Source: Ramazzottius varieornatus (Eukaryota > Animalia > Tardigrada). Taken from it: a stretch of DNA of 64,000 nucleotides. Shown one piece after another: positions 23,220-36,893 of the stretch; within the stretch, counting starts at the first letter, position 1; every line of letters starts with the position of its first letter. The position numbers and the translations under genes were made by a program. The notes beneath the pieces are model-generated. The model did no database searches, was not told the DNA's origin, and worked only from the letters and a program-made list of their open reading frames with translations. The stretch spans positions 1 through 64,000 of the forward strand of contig BDGG01000011.1 of NCBI GenBank assembly GCA_001949185.1, written 5' to 3'.

Positions 23220-25031
23220 CTAAGTCACAGAGCATATGTAAAGTTTTTCGGGAGGGAAAGTTTTACTTCCTCGTTGGGAGCCTGGAATGGTACGCTGTTT
23301 TATTTTGTTTTTTGGTGTCAAAGGCTGGTTTAAGTCGTGGATTTCTTGTTTTCTTGGCGTGAGAAGTATTCTTTGGGGTGATGGGCGGTTGTTCACTCGC
23401 CTGGTCTTCGTCGCTGGAGTCAAGAAGGGTCTGTCGTTTTTTTGTCGGTGTCGGTCTGACTGGTGAAGTGGAGGGTGAGGGACTCGGAGTTTCTTCAGAT
23501 GAGCTGATTGGAGCTTCAGGTGCCGTTTGGTTCTTGGGTTTCGTGGTGAAAAAGTTGGTAAATTTCGGTAAAGCTCACACAGCGGAAGGACGTTCCGGGA
23601 GACACCGTATTTCCGGATTGCTTGTGGCTGTTCGCTGGTACTGACGTAAAAGAAGCTATGTTGATGTTGCAGTTCGAGGAGGTCTCCTTTCAATTTCAGG
23701 ACATGCAAAAACATGTACACCTTTGAATACATGTCAGGGGAAATCGAGTTGACCTGGAAAAGAGAATTTGAAACAGGGTACGGTGTGAATACCGGCGTGC
23801 ACGTACCATGACGTTTGTAACTTTAAGGTTGAACTGCTGATGAATGGTGTTATCGACTACAGACATGGTAACTTCTTTCTGCGTGCGTCTGACTTCGAGG
23901 ACGAGTAGACTGATGTCTGGAAACATGGAAACTGATTGGAAACTGTTTTTATGTCAGCTAGAAAAGCAATTAACTGTGTTAGACTCAGGTTTATCCTACT
24001 GAATGGTTGTGTACTGGGATGGTCGAGCAAATCTTTGAAAGTTCGAAGGTGTGGAAAGTCAGGTTGTCGGTTGCGAACGATGTTCACGGTTGTGTGTTGT
24101 TGGACTTGAATTTGTAAGGGGATGGTTGCACTATACTGGTATCGCTCTGCGGAGCTGAAGTTAACTTTTTGAAGTTCAATTATCTAGAGTAAAAATAAGG
24201 GCATATTCGCCGAAAGATCTGATGGTGTTTCATTTATGATAGAGTCTTACTTGACCGGACTTCCAGTTCGATAGTTTGTCGAGGTGTGGTTCAAAAGCAT
24301 TTCAATTTCCATTTACTGATCCTGTATGATCAGCTAGCATGAATCTCCGGAGAAATTTGACGCTCGGCTTTCGTGGCTCATCGACGAACATAACAATAGC
24401 CTGTATGGACCTGCAGATACCAGATCGTTTCCAGGACCCTGTGCGGTAAACTCTTTTATAACGTATCGTTTCCTGTAATAAAAAGTGTGGTCCTGAATTC
24501 CTGTATGGGTAGTCCTGAGTTAAATTTAGGTATGTTGTGTTGTTGGGGTTCGGCTTACTTCATGTATACTTCGGCACGTTCGATATCCAGTGAGGCCCAG
24601 ATGGCTGTTCTATGGTCTCGGTCGTTCGGAATATCTGGTGAGTATGTAGGTAGCGTCTAGATATTGTTTACATTGTTAACCACAGTGTGGCACCGACAAA
24701 GCATGATTTTCTTACCGACTTCACGGACACCGTTTCATAAGGTCATAGTCGTAGCTCGGTCGCCATCGCCAATATCAATTACTGTAACATCGATCAATTG
24801 GACCGTGATAGGATCCGTGCTGGAAACAGGGGGTAAATCTTTCGGACCGAACACGCCGGCTGATAGGAAAATCGCTGCCATCGATAAGTCGACAGATAAG
24901 TCAGAACTGGTACTAAATATTGGTGTGAGTTTGTGAAGTTCCAAGGTATCGAGTGGGTTGTTGCGGTTGCTTGGGAAATGGTAGTTCACGTAACAACCGT
25001 GTCGTAGTTGTTGCAGAGCCTGACTACCCAT
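23220..25031 (-). pseudogene. Decayed gene downstream of the Helitron; first exon weakly resembles an RPA70-type OB fold
   Basis: One frame with two stops reads ...VTVIDIGDGDRATTMTL*NGVREVGKKIMLCRCHTV...*TLPTYSPDIPNDRDHRTAIW, then a GTAAGC donor. It recalls the RPA1 DBD-B motifs D-x-x-G...TLWG and NPDIPEA...W. Confidence 0.3.
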
Positions 25032-26188
25032 GAATAAAAAGCCAGCTCGAGAAGGGACGAAATGCGATGCGTCATCATTATGCCCGCCTGTCCAAAAATG
25101 CGCTGTATTATGAGCGCGTACGATCTGTGCGTGTGCGCACTAGTCAGTCTTGTTTTGCACCGTTCTGGTTTTCGCCAGCAGGTCGTTGGGGACTCGATCA
25201 GGAATCAGAACGGACTGGTTGGTTCATGGGTGAGAGGAAGTACACGGCTCAAGTCCACGAAATTGTGTTACGGTTTTATTGCGAGATGGTGCGTGCATGG
25301 AGCAATAGAACTTTAAGCATACATTCGAAAACCAAGGACAAAGTCAGCACAAATTCAGATGGAAGACGTTTCATAACGATAAACTCTAAAAAGAAAGTCG
25401 CATACAACGGCGCATAGATCTCTTACCCATGCTCCGAAGATAATGGGTAGAGCGATCACAACGGCAGGTGAATGTGTCATCGCCGATCAGTAAGTGCATT
25501 TCCGAATTTGCGTAACCATCTCTTCAGTTAAAAAGAGAAACTTGATTGACATACTGCAAGAAAACCATATTTTGGTGTAGTGTACAGTTGAAGTTTTTCT
25601 TGAGTTACCTTTCTTCGTGATTCCCAGTCGGTCCGAACATTAACCGTACACCCTTCTTCCGAATTCTGTACTGAGTGTTTCCGAGCCATGCGATCCGGCC
25701 GATGCGTCCATTATCCCGCGAATATGGTTCCTCTCTTCGTATCAGCTGTCCCATTTTCAAGACAGCGTTAGCACTTACCAAGTTGCTAAATGGAACAACC
25801 CTTCGTATTCTCCTGAGAAATTTAGAGTGTTGTATCTCAGCGCAGTGGTCCGTGGCGGACACTACTTTCGCGTAGTAGTGCATCCCGTCACCGCATTTAG
25901 CGCATACACAACGATCTAATCGTTAAAAGACAATTGAAGTATTGGGCACCTATTGTACAGTATATTGTGATGGGATACTTGACCAACCTATATTAAAGTG
26001 TCCAGCCGCGTTCGACATCTGGTAAAGGTATAGGACGGTATTTTGTATCGATGAATCCATGTCTAAGAGCGGTGAAAAGGGTCAAAAAATCAGAACGGGT
26101 ATATCGGTAGCGCTGCTGTGATATGAGAAATATTGCCTAAGCAACAATTTTTCGAATTTGCGCAGAAAAGTTTGGCTTAGAATTTGGG

Positions 26189-29100
26189 TCACGGAGTGTT
26201 ACAGTTTCGCAATAAGGTAAAACAACGAACGAGTAAACTGACATTCTTTAGATGTCCAAATTTACAGTACAATTCTTTGTAGACCACATTAGTGGTTATG
26301 GCATGTCCATTAGCGCCAAGTTTGTCGTGACTTGTAAGAACGAGAACTTTGTCCCTTGAGCGAACTCGAGTTAGGGCGACAGCTAGTTGTCCGTGAGCGA
26401 AGCATTCTTTCTGTAATTCGATTCCGGGTTTCTCTAACGTCGCCCCTTGAGATCGGTTTATTGTCTTGACATAACCTTCTCGCACGGGAAATTGCTTGCG
26501 TGTTAGACGAAGTCCTCTTCTCTGTACGTTCATTGTAAAATTAATCCGCGGCAGGTAGAAATGTTTTTTGGTCTGCATGGTCCGTACTTGTATAAGGTTC
26601 CATGTTATACCCAAGATTGTGTCTTGAGTGTTGTTGAGCACTCCTTCGTCGGGCGATAAGTTACGTAGAATAAAACATTCCATTCCAACTTCGAGACGAA
26701 GTTCATGGGGTGCGATATTAGGAAAGTTGATTTTGTTGAAAAATTCTGTTGTAACGTCGTTTCTGAAGAATTGGGAGACATCTGCTGACTCCTGTAGTTC
26801 ATCGTGACTGAAGAGCGGCACGAATTCTTTGTCCAGCAGGTCGCATATTTCTGAGTTAAGAGTGTTCAGAACGTTAGGGAGACATTTATCGCAACTCAAA
26901 GGGGCGGTGGATGGGAGCTTGGGATAGACAAACTGCTTCCAGTATTCGACATCGGTGGTTGCGGTAATTAAACTCAATTCAACTTTTCTATCTTTATCAC
27001 TCGGGAAGGTGCCGTTGGCGATTTCGTCAACAAACTGACAGAACTCGGGATCGGATTCTTGTCGTATTGGTACGGTAAGCGTGAAAACCTGAAAACTTTC
27101 CCAGAGCTTCCAGAACTTTATGCTTGCTTGTTCTGCAGCTTCGCGGTTTGCATGCTGGAGAATGGGGGGTATTTGGCGAAAACCACCGGCGCCGATCAAA
27201 AGCAGTCCGCCGAGTTAGATGGTGAGTTGGATTTATCTCGAACTTTACGCAGCATAACATCCACAGCTTCAAGATTGCGCTTATCTATCATCGTGATCTC
27301 ATCCCAAATCACAGGAGTGTCGCGAAGTACACTTTCTCGTTGCGAACGTAAGGATACGTCACACTCAATCGGAGCGGAATCGTACGGGTCATCGCGCACA
27401 GAAATTTTGAATAAATTATGGGCTGTACGTCCACCCGGGTACAAAACAGCCCCGAACCCGGAACTTGCGCAACGTGAAGCAATCTTAGAAGCTCGGGTGT
27501 ATCGAGCGATTGTGTTCAGAAGAAACGATTTCCCACGCCCGGGTGCACCGTCAACGTAGAAAACCCCGGGTTGTTTCGAGTCGATATGTTTCCGGATTTC
27601 GTTTAGAATTGTACTTTTTTCAAAGTTCAGCATGTTCAGCGAGTCTTGAAATAGTTTGGCACTGGTACGTGAGTCGTGTCGCAGTTTCTCTTTGTCAATC
27701 TCGGATTGTTGGTTTAGTGGTGTAGGAAAGGAGAACTCCTCAAGCGTTCGGCTGTAGCTTTCTAGCCTAGCCGAAAGGTCAAGAAAGAGACGATTCGGAC
27801 AAATAATCTGGCAGCTGATCGCGGAGTCTGAAATCAAGCTGCATGAATTCCTTGTGTTTGCTGAATAGCGCTAATGCTGGTGCACCTTCTGTGATTAACA
27901 GGCCAACAAAAACCGTAATTGCCTTGGTGAGCATAAAGCTTGTTTCGCCTGATTAAACGACATAGTTTTGATCTTCGAGGTGTACTGGATAACATGAAAC
28001 CGAGGGCTCCCTTCTCGTTAGATCGTCTCCGAATATACGCCAAAACAGCTTCTGATGCTGAGAGGTATCTTCCGTGTACATACAGCTTGGTTCCGTCTTT
28101 AGAAATTGTACCAGCCAAGTAGTCGAAACCCTTATACAGATATTTGTGTAGGTACATAATTAGTGTCACGGAAACAGCAAGTTTGACGTTAATATAGCAA
28201 TCGAATTCCATCTGTATTTCGCTATTATAGGGAACAACGTTGCGATCGATCTCTCTCCGCCTTTTGTACTGTGGATATCCGGCATCATCTATTAACGTTT
28301 CTCCGTTAATTTGTTTTGGGTACCTGTAATGACATTGCATTGTTGCTTTCTGTTTCCGATCGGTGGCATCGAAGTGGGTAGTGTCGATGAAGCATGTGCT
28401 TCTGGACTAACGTTCGTAGCTTTTTGTCGTCAGGAAGTTCAGCTAAGATCACGGCATCGATCTCTGTGGGACTTTGTGGTTCTTTAGCCATTTTCACGGC
28501 TATATGCGCATGAGGAAGTCCACCTGTCTAGAGTTCAACGACTCAGATTTTGTACGTCTTTTTGGAACCGACTACTTTAGCAGTTTTGCTTGGAACCTTG
28601 CTAGTCGCTTTGAAGACCATATTTGCGATATCTGGTCAATCTGATGCACTTTGGCCACGCTATAAACGCCTCTTGATTTCTGAACAGTTGGGGTTACAGG
28701 TGAACGTAATGAAATACGTGGGGTTTCCGAGGCGGCCAACTATCGCTCAGGCATCCGATATCATTCTCTGATTATGCCGATACAAGCCGATGAATGAAGC
28801 AGGCAAAAATATCCTTCCTTCATTTGCTCCTGATCCTAAGTCGTTCTTTCGGCAAATTTTCGCTTGGTTCAAATGAACGAAATTCAGTCGTTCTTCCTCG
28901 ATGCAGCTGAATACGTCAACGCAGAATTCGTTGAACAGTCTGCCAAGTAGTGCGGTGCATCGCAAGATCATCATTCGGTAGAACATTATCATGCTTAATT
29001 TGCGCTTAGCTTTCGGTTCTGTACTCCAGCCATTACTTCCTTCCGGACATATCAGAACATAATGTAGGGGCATGAATAAGCCGGAAGTTGCTTTTATGAA

Positions 29101-30199
29101 CGTCGGTTGCTTATCTATGTTCTTCCAACATACGACACTTCGTTGTTTTAGATCCCCGGATCTGTCAGGAACAATAACCGCGCCGATTTCGTCAGAACTT
29201 TGTACGGTCAACTCAAGTGGCGCATGTTCTGATGGCTCCTCAGATAACAGCTTGAACTGGTGTAGTAGGGAACTACACCGAAAGAGAATAGTTCGTAACT
29301 TCTTTACAATATCCCGGTCCATTTTCAAGTCGTTGATAACTTCGTTCGGGTATTCTGCATCGTCTAGGTACCATCGTAGAGGGCCGGACGCTTGATTACC
29401 TGGTAGCATTCGGTGGTAGGTTCGATCTCTCAGAACAAAGTTACTGGGGCCAGATTGTTGCTCGAAGCACCCGCTAGTTCCGAGTGTCGACATTGAAAAT
29501 AAATTGTTGTACATGCGTGACTGGCTTCGAAGCTTTCTTGACGACCTATACAGATTTTCCAGCTCTGCAGGCAGTGCGGGCATCTTCAATAATTCGCAGA
29601 GTATTTGTTCTGTTCCCGCAACAGAATCCAACAGATTCTATGCTCATAATTGTTGCTTTGCACCGTCCGCACGATATTCATTCCAACCGCAATGTGGTCA
29701 TCACTCTGAACATGGTTCGTACTCTACACAGGTTTGTATCGGTATACGCATGCTTACACCAGATTTTGTTCGGCTACGATTCAATGACACCACAACAGAG
29801 TTACTACATTCTGTTTCACGCTCCGAGCCGTCGTCATCCCCATGAGTTTCTTCACTTCCAGTAGTGTAGTGTGAATACAGATCTTCCTCAGAATCGAGTT
29901 CAACACTAGACATGTCAACTAATTCCGTATGATTGGAGTTACTACTGTTTGGCGATTCAGAGCTAAGCATCATACGATTATCCAAAACATCACCGTCCGT
30001 AATACTGTATCTCCCGTAGACTGGGAACTAGTATAAGAGCAATTTTCACCATCGTCGACATTGTCATCCGATGTATCGGACGTGGATATCAGGTCTCTAT
30101 TGGGTGCATGATGGGTTTCCTCAGCCCACAATCGTTTAGCTACACCGCACAATAGAGGATTTCGAAGTGCCTGTACGTTTTCGCGTTAGTTTCGGCATA
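26189..30199 (-). mobile_element. Helitron Rep/helicase (RepHel), fragmented by stops and frameshifts
   Basis: Helitron N-region RMYNNLFSMSTLG; Rep motifs YFITFTCNP, VVEL*TGGLPHAHI and YLHKYLYKG; VVPYN; PIF1 motifs DGAPGRGKSF, GGRTAH, WDEITM, FRQIPP, TINRSQGATL and FAHGQLAVALTRV. Confidence 0.95.
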
Positions 30200-31018
30200 T
30201 TAAGACCCACAGAGTTTACTAGTTACGTTTAAGAAAGTGATCGCCGTTCTTGCGCCGTTGCCCTTCAGTCCTCCTAGTTCTGCATGACCTTTAAGTGACA
30301 TTCCAAGATACTCATCGATACCCGTTTAGATCTTGTACTTGTGCACGACCTTTGAGCGACATTCTAAGTTACCATTCCGTTTCTATTGTAACGCCAGACT
30401 TCTAATTAACTTAATCAAAGAGTCAGAAATGTAAACTTCTGTACACGCAAGCGCGTTCGCAGGTCGATCACGAAATCATAAACTGGTCCCATCCGAACGT
30501 GTGATGCATACGGTAGTGCAGTTTTTCCTCGTTGGTACGGTTTCAGAGAGTCCAGGTACTCGTCAGACCTTTTATCGAGTTATATCAGTACAGGGGTAGG
30601 ATACACTCTGCTGTCTTTGCAGGGGAACTGTCAGAAGAAGATTGCTTGCTAAGAAGTACTAGCAATGTTAGAGTATTACGAGAATTCATACCATCTGAAA
30701 TAAAACAAAAACAAAAATACAGTACCTGTTTCATTTTGTGCGTGGCGTAGAGATGTTCTCAAATCAAGCATACAGCTGAGTATGAAACAGGTCGCAAACA
30801 TAACATGAAGTGAGTCAAGATCCTCGGTTTGTTGTTCGTACTTCAGCCATGACAAGGTGTTTTCGGTAGCGAACTGTTTTCGCACCGTTCCAGAGATCTA
30901 CAGCTGAGCTAGTACGTATCCCTCAATTTACAGCTGCGCTACAGAGATGAAAAGAACTGTTTGTCGTTAATCACGAAAAAACTGAAGAATGCAAACGTAT
31001 CAAAAGAAACAGTGGGGT

Positions 31019-32211
31019 TCATGTCTCGCTGTCGGCTTTCCAGATGAAAAGTTTATTCTGGGCTGTGCTTATTACACAAGGGTCTTTAGGATGATGACTC
31101 ACGGAAGTGATACTTGTCTTCCCTAGACCATGGTCCAAAGTCTGCACCAGACTTCCCTTGACTAGATCCCAGCAGTAGATTTTACCGTCTTCCGAGCCGG
31201 AAAGAACGTGGGTATCTTTGGCATTCAGACAGCTATCGCACTTGAATTCTTTGTTGACGTGTCCGGTATACTCCAGTAACATTTCGCCGGACTCTTTATC
31301 GAACAACATCACAGAGCTTTCCAGAGTACTGAGAAGTACGCATTGACCATCGTTAGTGAAACAGACACTGGTTACTTGCTTTCCTGCAACAGAACAAAAC
31401 ATAACGCATGAGAAAACAGTCCCTGTAACACGGACAAGAAACACAGCGCATGATGACAACGCCCTGTGGCTACCAATCAACGCAAAGCACAATAGTCTGG
31501 AAGGAGAAGACAGTCTTGTGGTCATTCGAAACCGTACAATCAACAATCAAGTCAACAACAATTTGAATCGATCAAGCGCCGTCGTACTTGTTGAAAACCC
31601 CGCTGCAGCCTTGTGGTTGTGCAACCAAGTGCTCCAATCAATCAAGCATTAAGCTTACCAACATAATCTTGAAAAAGTTGCCCCGTCCTCAAATCGTATC
31701 TTCTGATTCTTCCATCCAGACATCCGGTCAGTATCTCATGTCCACTGACAACCACGGACATTATGACATCCTTGCCCTCATCCAACGTCTGTACGGGATC
31801 ATTCTTCTTAGCTTTTAGATCCCATATCTTGACGGAGCAGTCAACACTTCCCGACAGCACCAGCGTGGATTCGCCGTTGAAGCAGACGCAGTTTACTCTT
31901 CCTGCATGTCCACGGAACTTCCTCAGCGCTGCTCCTGTACTGACATCCCAGAGCATAACCGTCTTGTCCACGGACCCAGACGCGATCTGAGCATTGTCGG
32001 TGGATCCACGCGCGTCCAGCACTTCAAAGCCATGACCCGCGTAAGTCTTGAGAAGTAACTCGCGATGTGGATTCCAAAGCTTGATGGACTTGTCCGCGCC
32101 GCAGGTGATAGAGTATGATCCGTCGACGTTCAGGTGAGCTGCTCGAATCGCTCCTTGCTTACAGTCGATAATTCTGGGCGTCGCGGAGTACAGAACTTGA
32201 GAATCTGTCAT
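31019..32211 (-). CDS. WDR83: WD repeat protein 83 (MORG1); exons 32211-31659, 31383-31019
   Basis: CKQGAIRAAHLNVDGSYSITCGADKSIKLWNP...LLKTYAGHGFEVLDA...FRGHAGRVNCVCFN...RRYDLRTG...YTGHVN; one in-frame GT-AG intron. Confidence 0.95.
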
Positions 32212-32310
32212 GGTAGAGACCAAGCAAGAAATTACAAGTAAAAATTTAAGAATCAAGACTGTTTCTCATTCGAGTCCAATCAAAAATCAACCGGTTGTTT
32301 GTGTCTCCAA

Positions 32311-32324
32311 CCAGCAGGTGGCAC
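32311..32324 (+). promoter_or_regulatory. Match to the CTCF core consensus between the CHMP4 3' end and the WDR83 start
   Basis: CCAGCAGGTGGCAC fits CCASYAGRKGGCRS. This is a motif match only. Confidence 0.25.
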
Positions 32325-32703
32325 CACCTCCAGTATGTCTAGCCGCAACTACGTCACTGCGGCACGGCCTTGACCGCTGACCAACACCACGTTATTGCAG
32401 AACGAACCATGCATTCGGTACTTTTGTGACTAGTTTGACTAATGTAGTCTGAGTGCAGGTTTATTCGTTAAAACCGGTTATGAAATTTTCGGTGCTTGAA
32501 AATGTCCGCTGAAAAATCATTCAGAGGAATACAAGTCAAATGATGAGGCTTAGTCACCATCAGCCCTTTCTGTTCAAGAAGGTGCAGAAAATAAAGATGT
32601 AGTTTGTATCGCAGTTCGTGTAGAAACATAAGTAGGAAAGATTCTAGTTGCATAGTACTGTACCAGTCATAGTTTTTGGAATGGGAAAGTCAAAGCTCGG
32701 GGC

Positions 32704-33787
32704 CTAGCCGGTGGCCCACGAAGCCAAATGTTTCATGTCCTCGTCATCGTGGTCGACCTCACGACGTCTGCTCGGACGAGGAGGAGCTCTTCGATCTGTA
32801 AACACACCGCATGTCATAATGACGGTTTATGAGTGACTCACTGAAACCTGATGCCGACATTCATATTGATAAATTACACCGCTGACATGTGACTCACCCG
32901 CTATTCCTGGCTCTTCCGTGGGGATTGAAGGTAAGCGATCGCGTGTTGGCGGTGTTGCGTTGACTAATTTGTTGGCTAGCCCTTCTTGTTCCAGCTCTTC
33001 CAACTCTGCTTCCAGTTCAGCCTAAACACAGACGGAAAATATTCTTACTCGGAACCGATTTCACACAGAGCGAAAAAAGCATAAAAACTCACCTCGTCGA
33101 CTTCACCGCTGAAATGAATGGGGTTGGAGATGGCTTCCGAGATTTCTTGGGAAACTTCTTGCTGCTCGGATAGATCGTCCATGATATCGTGGACCTCGTC
33201 GACATTCCTGCAGAATAAACAGAGCACTAAATAAGATACTGATAGAAAAGGTGAAATGTGTAGGTACGGTATAATTTCCCCTTACAGGTTTTGGTGGGCT
33301 GCTTTGAGGGACTTCGATGCGACTCCCATGATCTTCAGGACTTCCGTATTAGTATTTGCATTTTCCAGTGCTTCTCTCTGGAACTCGATGGTCGATAGCG
33401 TCCCATCAATCTGCGCAAGTTGCTTCTCGAATCGTTTCTTCCTCTTCAAGGCCGCGATGGCCACTAGAAAAGCAAGGACTACAGAACATCCCAAAATAAA
33501 TTATTCAGACGCACTTTAGTAGGGAACATAACCACAAAGCTCATTATAAGTTTGTGGTGATGCATAACGGCATAAATTCTGCAGAATTATTCAGTAGACT
33601 TACTTCGCTTATTTTTCGTTCCATGTCGTTTGGCATTATTCAGTTCCTGTTCGACCTTCTTCTCCAGAAAATCGGATTTCTTGTTCAACATCTCCTCTGT
33701 AGTTCGCAGTTGTTGTATGGCATCCTGCGGCGTGATCGGGCCATTCTTTTCCTTTTTCCCGCCAAAGGCTTTGCTGATCCACGACAT
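32704..33787 (-). CDS. CHMP4: ESCRT-III subunit CHMP4/Snf7/Shrub; exons 33787-33604, 33463-33286, 33207-33093, 33021-32898, 32795-32704
   Basis: TPQDAIQQLRTTEEMLNKKSDFLEKK, ALKRKKRFEKQLAQIDGTLSTIEFQREALENANTNTEVL, and C-terminal DDEDMKHLASWA. Confidence 0.97.
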
Positions 33788-35156
33788 GATCAAACGTGTA
33801 GTCAATTAATCCGCGCAGGTAATTGAACTAATTATGCGGAGTTCCGTAACAGATAGGGATAAGATTATACGGCACTGGGATTACAAGGGCTCGTTACTGT
33901 GTGTATGAACAGAAGACAGTCAACAAACACTGGCTGAACGCGGAAGCGATAAAAGACGCTGTGCAAGATAAACTTCCGTCAAGTCAGTGCAGATTGCAAA
34001 TCGATACGAAGGAGAAAGACATATCACAGCTGTGGTTTAACTACGGAGTCTTAAGTTTTCCTTGTGCGTGTTGAGGTTTTTGCTGGCCTCAGCTTGAACA
34101 GAGACTTGAAGACACGTTTTGATGGCCGTCTTGAAAAACCAGCTTCACACCCAAGACGATCTTCTCCACCATGGTTCTAGTCACTGAGAAGCGCTCTCAA
34201 GTACGAGCTGAGTATTCCGTATAATATAGCCCATGTTGGCCTATAGGCGTCGTACGTGCCAAATTCACAGCATTGAGAGCTCGAGAACACATATGATGTA
34301 CACGTGTACCAGAGTGAAACGATTTGCCTCCAGTACATTCACTGCATTGAAAGTGCGCGCTGATACACATTTCCCCAGTCAATCAATGATGTCCAAAATT
34401 AACGGCGGAACTGAAGTTACAAAAGTCGGCCCTAGTCAATCAAGGGCTAACTCACGATCAGGTGGAAAAGTCCGCGCTGTCTTGTCTTTCTACGCTCGAT
34501 TGTGGGATTGAACTTCTCCGGTGTATCAACGAGCCTGTACAGAGGCCTGTACTGCAGTGAATACACTAGAGGTTATATCGTTTCACTCTGGATGTACGAA
34601 GGAGCTGCATGCCTGTGCACGAAGGCACAGGACAGGGCTCATGGTCTTAAGCCAACTGTGAAAGCATTCGGGCCACTGAACGAAAACCCGGAAGAGCTCG
34701 ACATTCAGCCGCGTGGCTCAAAACTTAACTGCAACATGGCGAACCGTTCGGCGTGCCACTATTGCCACAGCGCGCGAGTACCAGTCGTAAGTCGGAACAG
34801 TCAAACTATCTGATACAGTATGAGACCTTTTACGTCAGCTCATAGATGCCGCCTGCCATACGAAGTTCGTGCCATGATCCTGGGAGGAGTGCACCCCCCA
34901 CCCCAAAACACCTGATCACAAAAAAACAGTTTGGACCCTCAGGTTAAAAAGTATTGGTGGACCTAAGCTTTAGAGGTCAGTTTACAGGAGTGCACGTCCT
35001 AGTGACGGATCATGGCACGAACTTTTTGGCTGGCGGCATCTATGCGTCAGCCAACACAGACTCCAAGCGTGCAGAAATGTCACGTTTTGACGTAAGAATC
35101 AAAGAGGCTGAGCCCAAATGGATGCCTATAGCAGAGCCGTCCGGTGTGTGGCATTC

Positions 35157-36050
35157 TTTAGGTGCGGAAGAATGACTTGTTACTCCCCCGACGAAGATTT
35201 TCAGAAAAATTTCCTGACTTCGTAGATCGGTGTTCTCAGTAAGGCTATCCACCCATACTAGCAAGGTACGTCACTCGTTTTTCCGGCAGCCGTTTCATGC
35301 CTTTTCTGTAGGAGCATGGGAAAAGACAAAAGATGAACTGTCCGCAGCCATTTTTTGCAGCCTCTCTGGAGGAAATTGTTCTTTCTCGTTGGAGGTGCTC
35401 TAATTTCGCGATATCGTGATGATCCTTCAGTATCAGGTCCACTCTTCCTGGTATGTGAAGGAGAGTTTCCAGTTCCACCTCCCGCAGTTTTGCGGCAGCG
35501 TTTTGTTCGATGTGCACTCCAGAGCTGACTTCCAACATTGGTGCTTTGAGTCGACTGAATAATTTCGTTTAGTGAACGGCGAGGTTTTTTCACCACTACA
35601 CCCTGTGCTAGAGAGGTCTGGTCTCCCGCTACCGCTATGCCCGGCAGAATGACTTCATAGCGGTCTAGACGGTGATACACCAACCAAACAGTAACCATAA
35701 TTTTCCTTTGTGCCGCTCAGGCTTCGAAATTTTCTGCGGTCCTTCTTCTCTTCCGAAATATTTCCTTTTTTTGCTTCAGAACGCCCTATAGAGCCCAGTC
35801 ATTGTCGATGGCAACAATGCGATCTGAAATCGGTTCGCTCACATTCAGAACCGGGTGGGTAAAGAAAAGGCAACTCCGCGCTATTTGTAAGGTGCGTGCG
35901 CCAAACGGGGTATCCGATTCCCTGATTTTTTTGCCCTCGTTTTGTTCAAATGTCCAGCCATGATTTAGTGAGACACTTCAAAGCCTCGTAATGATATTCC
36001 AAGAGTTCGGGGAGAATTCTTAGTAGCGACTGCATGTACATTGGCTGCAT
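35157..36050 (-). mobile_element. 5'-truncated decayed mariner element (copy 1)
   Basis: TIR ttaggtgcggaagaatgacttgttactcc at about 35158. Frame-broken translation NVSEPISDRIVAIDNDW...KIMVTVW...KLREVELETLLH...YRKGMKRLPEKR...GG follows the mariner transposase layout (NEPFLDRIVTCDEKW, KVMVTVWW, YSPDL region). Homologous to 45711-46990. Confidence 0.85.
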
Positions 36051-36893
36051 GAGGCCAGCGTTATACGATGGCGCAGGCATAATGTACACGGAAGAACAGC
36101 GCACCTGTGCAGTTATGTAGGCATTCTCGCTACTGAGAAAAGACCCGGAAGAGCGACACAGGGCCGTTTGACTTAACACTTTATACTGTTAATCCTCACT
36201 ACTATAAGACGTCGCACAAGCTATTTCTACCAGCTAAAGGGAGGTAACAGGCGGCTTGCGTACGGTACAGGCAAAGTTTGGTATGAGGAGCGGGGCCCAA
36301 CTTCGCCCGTTCGCCGAACTGGCGCATACTTCGCGCACTGACGGTTTTCTCACTATGCGTTCGCGATTAAAACCACAAATCAATTCACAAGTATCTTTGA
36401 ACACCTGGCTTCACGCCTATTCTGTCAAAAATGGCAATGAATGGAAGCTCATAACGGGGGAAATTCCACAGCGGAAGTCGTTCGGGAATTTCGTTCGATA
36501 TTAGGGAGCACGCTTTCTGCAGAGAGCACAGCAAGCCGAGCCAACTAAACCCCATGTGTGCCTGACCGAGCAGAATCACACGTTACTGAAGGGTGTGCCC
36601 AAGGTTAATGATGACGCAACACTACCGTTCTTATCCAAAATCGGAACGGCGGAAACTTTGCCCACTTCCGAGCGAGAACGCGTTGTTCATACAGTGTTCA
36701 TTTGCACAATTCCTTGCTGGAAGGCTATCCTTCTTCTTGTTCTTTTACCGTCCAAGGTTTGCCTTGTCTGCATGATGGATCCGAGCTGTCCTTCAACAAG
36801 ATCTACGACTTCCGAAGGCAACCCTTCTGTCCCTGCTCACCTGCGACTCACGGAGAAGTTTTGGAAACGGCAAAATGTACAAGCTCACCCAAC

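Noticed and set aside
25112-25145. Hairpin plus CTAGT as the 3' end of the Helitron
   Set aside because: It is on the opposite strand to RepHel and lacks the usual spacer between the hairpin and CTRR.
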